From an uncultured Candidatus Saccharibacteria bacterium (GTDB lineage: Bacteria > Patescibacteriota > Minisyncoccia > Phycocordibacterales > UBA9973), in NCBI GenBank assembly GCA_964404925.1, contig CAYOLW010000002.1:38995-102994 (forward strand): DNA of 64,000 bases. The letters run 5' to 3'. Shown here piece after piece: positions 56,630 through 64,000 of this stretch. The notes under the pieces are model-generated. The model saw only the letters and a list, made by a program, of their open reading frames with translations, ran no database searches and had not been told where the DNA came from. How positions within the stretch are numbered: position 1 is the stretch's first letter; every line of letters begins with the position of its first letter. The position numbers and the translations under genes are program-made.

Positions 56630-57235
56630 ATGAATAGCCCTCAAGACAAAACAATAGAAACATATGTAGATAAATTTGAAGTCTACAAAAATAAAACAGT
56701 TTCTGTGGTTAATGGAGAATTCAAGGATTTTATTGATTCCTTCTGTTCATATTTAGATCCATCTGCAAGTATTTTTGAAATTGGTTCTGCTCACGGAAGA
56801 GATGCAAGATATATAAAGTCAAAAGGCTTCGATGTTTTTTGCACTGATATTGTTCCTCAAGCATTAGAGGATTTGAAGCAAGAAGGTTTCAAAACAGATC
56901 TATATGATTTTAGAGATATTCCAAAGTATGAATGGGTAGGTAAATTTGATGGATTTTTTGCTAACGCAGTATTGCTTCATGCTACACAAGAAATTTTTGA
57001 AAATGCTCTTGTTAATGTAAGTAAAATATTAAAGAAAAATGGCATATTCGCTTTTTCTTTAAAAACAGGGCAAGGAGAAGAAGTATCCATTGAAAAAATG
57101 GACGCCCCAAGGTACTTTAAGTATTACTCAAAAGAAGAGTTAGCTCAGATTTTAAGTAAATACTCATATGAAGTTTTGTCTCTAGAAGAAGCCAGTGAAG
57201 GTAAGTGGCTCCATGTAATTTTAAAAAATAAATAA
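56630..57235 (+). CDS. class I SAM-dependent methyltransferase
   Basis: Motif I IFEIGSAHGRD with acidic motif II D...CTD. Confidence 0.65.
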   Translation: MNSPQDKTIETYVDKFEVYKNKTVSVVNGEFKDFIDSFCSYLDPSASIFEIGSAHGRDARYIKSKGFDVFCTDIVPQALEDLKQEGFKTDLYDFRDIPKYEWVGKFDGFFANAVLLHATQEIFENALVNVSKILKKNGIFAFSLKTGQGEEVSIEKMDAPRYFKYYSKEELAQILSKYSYEVLSLEEASEGKWLHVILKNK

Positions 57236-57259
57236 TAAATCTGATATAATAGTTTAAAT

Positions 57260-59023
57260 ATGAAAGAGGAAATTCAAAAGTTTTTTAAGGGTGATATAGA
57301 TGACCGAGAAGATACATTAGAAAAATACTCACACGATGCGAGTGTTTTTTTGGTACGACCACAGATAGTGCTTTTCCCAAAAGATTCAGAAGATGTAAAA
57401 AATCTTGTGAAGTGGGCGGGTGAGAATAAATCTAGATATCCGCATTTGTCTATTACTGCGCGCGCGGCGGGTACATGTATGTCTGGTGGCTCAATCAATG
57501 AATCTATAATCTTAGATTTTACAAAGTACATGAATAAGTTTGTGAACTACGAGGAGGACACACCTGACTCACTGAAAGCTTTCGCTCAAGGTGGTATTGG
57601 TAAAAGTGTTCACGATGGTTCTAAACACACCATGATTCCATACATGACTGTGCAGCCTGGTATGTATTATCGAGATTTTGAAAAACTTACCTTAGAAAAA
57701 GGTATGATTTTGCCTTGTTATACCGCGTCCAAGACTCTAAATGCTATGGGCGGAATGTTTGGTAATAATTCAGCGGGTGAGAGAACTCTACGTTTTGGTA
57801 AGACGGAGGAATATGTAGCTCAGTCAAAAATAGTATTTGCTGATGGTAATGAATACACAGTAAAACCTCTTTCTAAACAGGAATTAGAAGCCAAAATAAA
57901 CCAGCAGGATTTCGAAGGAGGAGTGTATCGAGAAATATATAATCTGATTATGCAAAACAAGGAGGATATAAAATCTGCTAAACCTAATGTACACAAAAAT
58001 TCTTCTGGTTACACTATTTGGAATGTATTGGATACCGAAGGTGCCAGACCGGAGAAAGAGTATTTTGATTTAAACAGGTTACTGGTTGGTTCACAGGGCA
58101 CACTGGGTATTGTTACTGAGATTACTTTTCGTCTAGTTCCAGAATTACAATCCAGAAGGCTGCTGGTGCTTTTCTTGAGAGACATGACTTTGCTGCCAAA
58201 CATCGTGAATAAACTACTGATACATAATCCAGAAACTATTGAGACATACGATGACAAAACCTTCTTTTTGGTTCTAAGATACATCCGTAGCTTTGCTAAA
58301 TTGCTCGGTGTAGGTAATTTCTTAAAACTCATATTTAGTTTTGGTCCAGAAGCCTGGATGACACTTCGTCATGGTTTCCCAAGACTTATTTTTTTGGTTG
58401 AATTTGCTGGCAGTACGCAGGCTGAAGCAGATGAAGCAGCTAAGAAAGCCCTCGAGAGTGTCCAAAGTTTTCATAAAATTGGTTCTCGACTAACTCGTAA
58501 TGAGTTTGAATCTAAAAAGTATTGGACCATACGCAGAGAAGCTTTTAATTTAATTCGTTATCATCTAAAGACGGTAAAGTCTAAACCATTCATTGATGAT
58601 GTTATTGTCCGTCCTGAAAATTTACCAGAATTTATGCCTGAAATTTATAAAATTCTTGAAGAATATAAAGATGAAATGACTTTTGCTGTTGGTGGTCATG
58701 CTGGTGATGGTAACCTACATATCTATACACTAGTTAATCCAAGTGATCCAAATCTTAAGCAAATGGTGCTTGACGTGTCCAACAGAGTATATACCTTGGT
58801 TGCTAAATTTGGAGGTTCTATTACAGCAGAACACAATGATGGGCTTATTCGCACACCATACCTGAATAAAATATTCAGTTCAAAAATTATAGATATATTC
58901 AAGCAAATAAAGAATGTTTTTGATTCTAAACACGTCTTCAATCCTGGTAAAAAGGTTCCAGAGGAAGGTGTTGGTCCTGGAACCAAGGAATATATGGTTG
59001 CTCATATACCAAACACAAAGTAG
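57260..59023 (+). CDS. FAD-linked oxidase (GlcD/D-lactate dehydrogenase-like, FAD_binding_4 plus C-terminal domain)
   Basis: RAAGTCMSGGS FAD-binding motif and C-terminal GGSITAEHNDGL. Confidence 0.75.
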   Translation: MKEEIQKFFKGDIDDREDTLEKYSHDASVFLVRPQIVLFPKDSEDVKNLVKWAGENKSRYPHLSITARAAGTCMSGGSINESIILDFTKYMNKFVNYEEDTPDSLKAFAQGGIGKSVHDGSKHTMIPYMTVQPGMYYRDFEKLTLEKGMILPCYTASKTLNAMGGMFGNNSAGERTLRFGKTEEYVAQSKIVFADGNEYTVKPLSKQELEAKINQQDFEGGVYREIYNLIMQNKEDIKSAKPNVHKNSSGYTIWNVLDTEGARPEKEYFDLNRLLVGSQGTLGIVTEITFRLVPELQSRRLLVLFLRDMTLLPNIVNKLLIHNPETIETYDDKTFFLVLRYIRSFAKLLGVGNFLKLIFSFGPEAWMTLRHGFPRLIFLVEFAGSTQAEADEAAKKALESVQSFHKIGSRLTRNEFESKKYWTIRREAFNLIRYHLKTVKSKPFIDDVIVRPENLPEFMPEIYKILEEYKDEMTFAVGGHAGDGNLHIYTLVNPSDPNLKQMVLDVSNRVYTLVAKFGGSITAEHNDGLIRTPYLNKIFSSKIIDIFKQIKNVFDSKHVFNPGKKVPEEGVGPGTKEYMVAHIPNTK

Positions 59024-59055
59024 TCGGGGTTGCTTTTATAACTTTTTCGTATATA

Positions 59056-59697
59056 ATGTTCTCCATGCTTTCACTTACAGTAAAAAACCGAGAAAAAAAC
59101 GTAGATTTAGAAGCCCTAAGAAAGGATGGCAACGTACCGGCCGTATATTACGGGTCTGGCGTAGCCTCTACCTCTATTTCAGTGCCAAAGAATGCTTTTA
59201 TAAAAGCTTGGCGTGAAGCTGGTGAATCTACACCATTAGAAATAAATCTAGACGGTAAAAAAGTAAATGTTTTGATCCATGAGGTTGCACTACACCCAGT
59301 TTCCAACGAGCCAACTCATGTGGATTTCCTAGTTGTTGATATGAGTAAAAAGGTCACAGTTTCTGTACCTCTTGAATTTATCGGAGTTGCTCCCGCTGTT
59401 AAAAATGGTCTTGGTAGTTTGGTTAAGGTTCTACACGAAATTGAAATCGAAGCTTTGCCAAGTGACTTGCCTCAGGTATTGGAAGTTGATATTACTTCTC
59501 TTGTTGATCTTGATGGACAGATTGCTGTTTCTGACCTTGCATTACCAAACGGCGTATCAGCTGTTACCAAGGATTCTGAAATAGTTGCATCAATCGCAGC
59601 ACAACAAGAAGAAAAAGAAGATACTGGACCAGTTGACCTTTCAGCTATTGAAGTAGAAAAGAAAGGTAAGAAAGAAGAAGAGGCTGCTACAGAATAA
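59056..59697 (+). CDS. rplY: 50S ribosomal protein L25/general stress protein Ctc
   Basis: LRKDGNVPAVYYG and C-terminal beta-domain; 213 aa Ctc form. Confidence 0.8.
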   Translation: MFSMLSLTVKNREKNVDLEALRKDGNVPAVYYGSGVASTSISVPKNAFIKAWREAGESTPLEINLDGKKVNVLIHEVALHPVSNEPTHVDFLVVDMSKKVTVSVPLEFIGVAPAVKNGLGSLVKVLHEIEIEALPSDLPQVLEVDITSLVDLDGQIAVSDLALPNGVSAVTKDSEIVASIAAQQEEKEDTGPVDLSAIEVEKKGKKEEEAATE

Positions 59698-59727
59698 TTC
59701 AAATAAAAATATGTTATAATAAAAAGT

Positions 59728-61068
59728 ATGGTCAGAAAAACCATACTTTTTATATTACTTAGTTTAATGTTATTACCAACAGCTCATCGTGCGCTGGGGG
59801 CAGTTGATTGTTTGTCCATTACCCCTAACTCTCCAGAATCTGACAAGAATTACTGTCGCTCAGAGCTTGCTCAAATTGAAGCTGAATTAGCAGAATTAAT
59901 ACAAAAACAAAAAGATCAAGCCAAAAATACTGGTACCATAAATGGAGATATTACTTATTTAAGTAGTCAAATAAAGGCCCTCCAGACTAAAATCAAAGCA
60001 CGAGGTTTGGCCATTGCCCAACTGAAGGTATCTATTTCAGAAAAGGTTTCTAGGATAGAAACTCTGTCCGAAAAAATAGACCGCCAACACGAATCGCTGG
60101 CTCAGCTTATAAGAAATACTGATGATTTTGATAATCAGAGTCTTATTTACCTTGTTGCGTCAAGTAATAATTTATCTGGTTTTTATAGCGATTTAGAATC
60201 ATATTCTGCAATCAAACAAGCCGTCAAAGAATCTGTTGATCAAATCAGGGGAGTGAAAACTGAGACGGAAGCTGAAAAACAAAAACTAGAAGAAAAAAGA
60301 AATGCTGAAGCTGATGCCAAGGTTGAGCTAGAAACCAGTCAGAAGAAAGTCACTCAAACAGAAGCCGAGAAAAAACAGCTTTTAGCACTGAGCAAAAAGA
60401 AGGAATCTGAATACGCTAAACTGGCAGCTGAAAAGAAAGCCCGAGCTGACAAAATCCGTTCTGCATTGTTTGCCCTTCGAGACAGTAAGGCTATTCCTTT
60501 CGGTACAGCCTTAAAATATGCAGAAGAGGCTGAAAAGGTTACTGGAGTACGAGCTGCATTTGTTCTGGCTATTTTAACGCAAGAAACAAACTTGGGTGCT
60601 AATGTCGGTACCTGTAATCGGGTTACTGATCCTGAAAGTAAATCGTGGTCTAAAATAATGAAACCTGAGCGGGATATCGAGCCATTTAAACGCATTACTG
60701 ACGGTTTAGGTATTTCTCGTGAGGGTTTACCATTGTCTTGCCCGTGGGGAGGAGGTTGGGGAGGGGCTATGGGTCCATCGCAATTTATACCATCAACCTG
60801 GGAACTGTATTCCAAGAAAATTGCTAAGGCTTTAGGTATATCTGGTATGCCAGATCCTTGGAATGCGCGACATGCTTTCTTCGCTTCATCTATTTATTTG
60901 GGTGAATTAGGGGCAAGTAAGGGTGGATATACTGCAGAACGCACCGCTGCGCTCAAGTACTATGCCGGGGGTAATTGGAACAAGAAATCTAATGCCTTCT
61001 ATGGAGATCAGGTGATGGCCAGAGTAGAGAAAATACAAGCTGATATCGACTATTTGCAGAATAACTAG
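59728..61068 (+). CDS. secreted coiled-coil protein with C-terminal lytic transglycosylase-like (MltB/SLT_2-type) domain
   Basis: Signal peptide, ~200 aa coiled coil, then AILTQETNLG and GAMGPSQFIPSTW motifs. Confidence 0.6.
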   Translation: MVRKTILFILLSLMLLPTAHRALGAVDCLSITPNSPESDKNYCRSELAQIEAELAELIQKQKDQAKNTGTINGDITYLSSQIKALQTKIKARGLAIAQLKVSISEKVSRIETLSEKIDRQHESLAQLIRNTDDFDNQSLIYLVASSNNLSGFYSDLESYSAIKQAVKESVDQIRGVKTETEAEKQKLEEKRNAEADAKVELETSQKKVTQTEAEKKQLLALSKKKESEYAKLAAEKKARADKIRSALFALRDSKAIPFGTALKYAEEAEKVTGVRAAFVLAILTQETNLGANVGTCNRVTDPESKSWSKIMKPERDIEPFKRITDGLGISREGLPLSCPWGGGWGGAMGPSQFIPSTWELYSKKIAKALGISGMPDPWNARHAFFASSIYLGELGASKGGYTAERTAALKYYAGGNWNKKSNAFYGDQVMARVEKIQADIDYLQNN

Positions 61069-61091
61069 AACTGTGTTATTCTAGCCTTACT

Positions 61092-61313
61092 ATGAAGAAA
61101 GGTATACACCCAAAACACAACGCCAAAGCAAAAGCAATTTGCGCTTGCGGTGCTCAATTTGAAATAGGTTCTACCCTAGACGAAATTCGAGTTGAAATCT
61201 GCAGCATGTGTCACCCGTTCTATACTGGTAACGAGAAAATACTCGATACTGCTGGACGAGTTGATAAATTCAAGAAGCGAGCTGCTGCTGCTAAGCCAAC
61301 CAAAGCTAAATAA
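61092..61313 (+). CDS. rpmE: 50S ribosomal protein L31 (Zn-ribbon form)
   Basis: MKKGIHP...CACG...CSMCHPFYTG. Confidence 0.85.
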   Translation: MKKGIHPKHNAKAKAICACGAQFEIGSTLDEIRVEICSMCHPFYTGNEKILDTAGRVDKFKKRAAAAKPTKAK

Positions 61314-61317
61314 CAAA

Positions 61318-61395
61318 ATACCAACTTTTTCCGGTACGGAAGTTTTTCTGCTGAAAAATTTCCTGAAATGCTCGGGCTAATCGCCCTCGCAGCCC
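61318..61395 (+). terminator. multi-branched terminator-like structure between rpmE and prfA
   Basis: An outer 11 bp stem ACCAACTTTTT/AAAAAGTTGGT encloses two inner hairpins and is followed by a T-rich tract. Confidence 0.4.
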
Positions 61396-61429
61396 CTTCA
61401 AAAAGTTGGTATTTTCTTTAGAGATAATA

Positions 61430-62395
61430 ATGAACCTCGAAGATTTAAAAAAGAATAATCAAACAAGTTACCTGGCAGATATGCTGGAGAATTTAAATCG
61501 TAAAGAAGCAGAGGTTCGTGAAATGTTGGATAGTGATGAAACACTACACGAGTTAGCTACCGAAGAATTAAAAAGCTTACAGGAAGAGCGAAAAAATATT
61601 GAGACTCAAATTGAGGATATCTTAGCTAAAGAACGTGAAGCAGAAGAATTTCCTAATGAAATAGTGCTTGAAGTCCGGGCGGGTGCTGGCGGGGACGAGG
61701 CTGCACTTTTTGCTTGGGAGCTTGCTCATATGTATGAACGTTATTCTGAGATAAAAGGCTGGCAGTGGAGAGTAAACTACGAATCTAAAAATGATATTGG
61801 TGGATACAAAGAAGCTTCTTTCGAAATAAAAGGTAACAATGTGTACAAAGAATTAATGAACGAGACTGGAGTACACCGCGTACAGCGTGTACCAGCTACT
61901 GAGAAAAATGGCCGTGTCCATACTTCTACAGCATCCGTGGCTGTGCTTCCTATTAAGAAAAAAGTTAATTTTGAAGTTAACCCGGCAGAATTTGAAATGG
62001 AATATTCCCGTTCTGGTGGTAAGGGAGGACAGAATGTGAACAAGGTTGAAACAGCAGTTCGCATAATTCACATACCTACTGGACTGGATGTGAGATCAAC
62101 CAACGAAAGAAGTCAGCTAGCAAATCGAGAAAAAGCTATGGCCATACTATTGGCAAAGTTGCAGCAAAAGAAAGAAGAAGATGAGGCTAAGAAATATTCA
62201 AGCGAACGTAAAAACCAGATAGGCAGTGGAGATAGGAGTGAAAAAATTCGTACCTATAATTTCCCTCAAGATCGTATTACTGATCACCGTATAAAGAAAA
62301 CATGGCACAACCTACCAAAAATAATGGAAGGAGAAATAAGCCCAATCATTATCGACTTACTACTGGGCGAGACAGGGGAAGAAGACGAAGATTAA
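61430..62395 (+). CDS. prfA: peptide chain release factor 1
   Basis: PxT-equivalent PAT tripeptide and SGGKGGQNVNKVETAVR (GGQ). Start set at MNLEDL. Confidence 0.9.
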   Translation: MNLEDLKKNNQTSYLADMLENLNRKEAEVREMLDSDETLHELATEELKSLQEERKNIETQIEDILAKEREAEEFPNEIVLEVRAGAGGDEAALFAWELAHMYERYSEIKGWQWRVNYESKNDIGGYKEASFEIKGNNVYKELMNETGVHRVQRVPATEKNGRVHTSTASVAVLPIKKKVNFEVNPAEFEMEYSRSGGKGGQNVNKVETAVRIIHIPTGLDVRSTNERSQLANREKAMAILLAKLQQKKEEDEAKKYSSERKNQIGSGDRSEKIRTYNFPQDRITDHRIKKTWHNLPKIMEGEISPIIIDLLLGETGEEDED

Positions 62396-62408
62396 TTAAA
62401 TAAAATTT

Positions 62409-64000
62409 ATGAAAATACAAAGAATTTTTTATTATTACTGGCAATCTGCCAGAAAATATTGGCGTCTCATTGTTGGGATGCTTTTAGGATATGCTGTAGG
62501 TGCTTTAACATCTAACGTTGCTATTCCTCTTTTTCTAAAAAAGATTATTGACATAATCTCAAGCAACGAACCAACACAATCAATAAGCAAGCCTTTGTTT
62601 AGCCTTGTTTTTATTTATTCAGTGGCTGTTCTTGCACACTTGATTTCTTCGAGGGCTGGGGATTGGCTAATAATTAAATTTGAAGCTAGGGCTATTAGAG
62701 ACATACACAACGCTTCTTTTGCAAGAATCCTGAATCATTCTTATCGCTTCTTTTCAAATAATTTTGCAGGGTCTCTGGTGGCAAAGACAAAAAGATTTGC
62801 TTCTTCTTTTGAGAAAATTGTTGATATCGCAACCTACAGTTTCTGGTATGCCAGTATAATGCTTATAGGTATATTTGTGGTAGTTTTTTTGAACGTACCT
62901 GTGGTTGGCTATATATTTTTGGCATGGATTAGTATATACGCTTTAATCATATTTTTTTCTGTACGTTTTAAAATAAAATATGATTTATTAGAAGCAGCTG
63001 CTGATTCCAAGGTTACGGGTTCTTTTGCTGATGCTATTAGTAATGTTTTAAACATTAAGATATTTTCAAGCAAGGGTAATGAGCACAAAAGATTCGAGCA
63101 GGTAACACAAGAAGAATACCAACACAGATACAAGGCATGGGTTGTGGGGAATATACAATTTACAACACAGAATGTCTTAACTGCTATACTCCAAATAACT
63201 ATTATCTACACTTTGGCAAAATTATGGTTAGCTGGAAGCATCACAACTGGAACTGTAGTATTGGTTCAATCTTACACACTGCAATTGTTTAGTATTATGC
63301 GAGATCTGGGTAAATCAATTGTACGTTTTATGAAAGAACTTTCAAACGCCCAAGAAGTTATTGACCTATTTGACCAACAAATAGATATCAAAGATCCAAT
63401 AAAACCAGAAAAACTTGCTATGGGCAAAGGTGAAATTGTCTTCAAAGATGTTGGTTTTGAGTATGTTAAAGGTCAGGAAATATTTTCAGACTTTAACCTA
63501 GCTATTAGGTCCGGAGAAAAAGTTGGCTTGGTGGGGCATTCTGGTTCTGGTAAATCAACTATAACTAAAATACTACTTAGGTTCATGGATATACAATCTG
63601 GGGCTGTGTTGATTGATGGGCAGAATATCGCTAATGTTATGCAAGATGATTTGCGATCTGTGGTTTCTTATGTACCGCAAGAACCAATATTATTCCATCG
63701 AAGTATCTTTGAAAATATTGCATATTCAAAACCAGATGCCAGCCTGGAAGAAGTAATTGAAGTTGCCCATAAAGCATATGCTCATGATTTTATATCTAAA
63801 CTACCAAATGGATATGATACTTTAGTTGGAGAGAGAGGTGTTAAACTTTCTGGTGGAGAGAGGCAAAGGATTACTATTGCTAGAGCCATGCTTAAAGACT
63901 CACCAGTTATTGTGCTTGATGAAGCTACTTCTTCTCTTGATAGTGAGAGCGAATCATATATTCAAGAAGCTTTTGCTCAGTTAATGCAGGGTAGAACAGC
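62409..64000 (+). CDS. ABC transporter, fused permease plus ATP-binding domains (MsbA-like exporter), runs beyond the window end
   Basis: N-terminal 6-TM domain, then Walker A GHSGSGKST, signature LSGGERQR, Walker B VLDEATSSLD. The frame is open to position 64000. Confidence 0.8.
   Translation, partial: MKIQRIFYYYWQSARKYWRLIVGMLLGYAVGALTSNVAIPLFLKKIIDIISSNEPTQSISKPLFSLVFIYSVAVLAHLISSRAGDWLIIKFEARAIRDIHNASFARILNHSYRFFSNNFAGSLVAKTKRFASSFEKIVDIATYSFWYASIMLIGIFVVVFLNVPVVGYIFLAWISIYALIIFFSVRFKIKYDLLEAAADSKVTGSFADAISNVLNIKIFSSKGNEHKRFEQVTQEEYQHRYKAWVVGNIQFTTQNVLTAILQITIIYTLAKLWLAGSITTGTVVLVQSYTLQLFSIMRDLGKSIVRFMKELSNAQEVIDLFDQQIDIKDPIKPEKLAMGKGEIVFKDVGFEYVKGQEIFSDFNLAIRSGEKVGLVGHSGSGKSTITKILLRFMDIQSGAVLIDGQNIANVMQDDLRSVVSYVPQEPILFHRSIFENIAYSKPDASLEEVIEVAHKAYAHDFISKLPNGYDTLVGERGVKLSGGERQRITIARAMLKDSPVIVLDEATSSLDSESESYIQEAFAQLMQGRT

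Noticed and set aside
62909-63133. 74 aa minus-strand ORF
   Set aside because: Lies antisense within the partial ABC exporter gene (62409-64000), which has clear TM and Walker/signature motifs.
1-64000. CRISPR arrays, cas genes, integrases, transposases, reverse transcriptases
   Set aside because: I scanned for short regularly spaced direct repeats and for recombinase, RT or Cas-like ORFs and found none. The only sizeable repeat is the ~200 bp duplication at the regulator/pilB junction.

Overview
This 64 kb window reads like a small-genome, low-GC bacterium. The CPR/Patescibacteria flavour is an inference from the many single-domain proteins, a GlmU homologue with only the N-terminal domain, a compact type IV pilus locus and partial dcw cluster; it is not proven here. 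Housekeeping genes dominate. They include the valS 5' end with an adjacent tRNA-Val, gdhA, a MacAB-like ABC efflux trio, trxB, ftsZ, ftsA, ybeY, rpsU, greA, lysS, mraZ, rsmH, ftsL, ftsI, murF, obg, gatB, fba, bL25, rpmE, prfA and a partial ABC exporter. Four tRNAs are present: Val-GAC, Glu-UUC, Ser-CGA and Glu-CUC. Three stretches look accessory. First, an AT-rich three-gene operon next to tRNA-Glu(UUC) at 9368-11823 is headed by an OLD-family ABC-ATPase/Toprim nuclease. Its two partners, a zinc-ribbon membrane protein and a 224 aa unknown protein, do not match the known OLD classes (no UvrD helicase as in Gabija, no reverse transcriptase, no DUF4435 PARIS partner). I consider this the best candidate for an undescribed defence system. 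Second, an AT-rich block of hypothetical genes lies downstream of tRNA-Glu(CUC) at 35624-39300. It is preceded by a highly structured ~700 bp non-coding stretch that contains a degenerate partial tRNA copy. Third, at the junction between a response-regulator gene and pilB, a ~1.75 kb insert carries a Cys-rich-repeat prepilin-like gene and a decayed gene. It is bounded by near-identical ~200 bp direct repeats that leave an in-frame-deleted regulator remnant and an 8-codon pilB stub. Other notable items are a histidine kinase whose N-terminus is a ferredoxin-NADP-reductase-like FAD/NAD module, a Fur gene divergent from a ParA/CooC-like ATPase with two related palindromes between them, an ArsR operator palindrome, a textbook Pmra promoter followed by MraZ GTGGG repeats, and a locally GC-rich patch at 13.5-14.2 kb. 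No CRISPR array, integrase or transposase was seen. All calls come from reading the sequence and translated ORFs; no searches were run.
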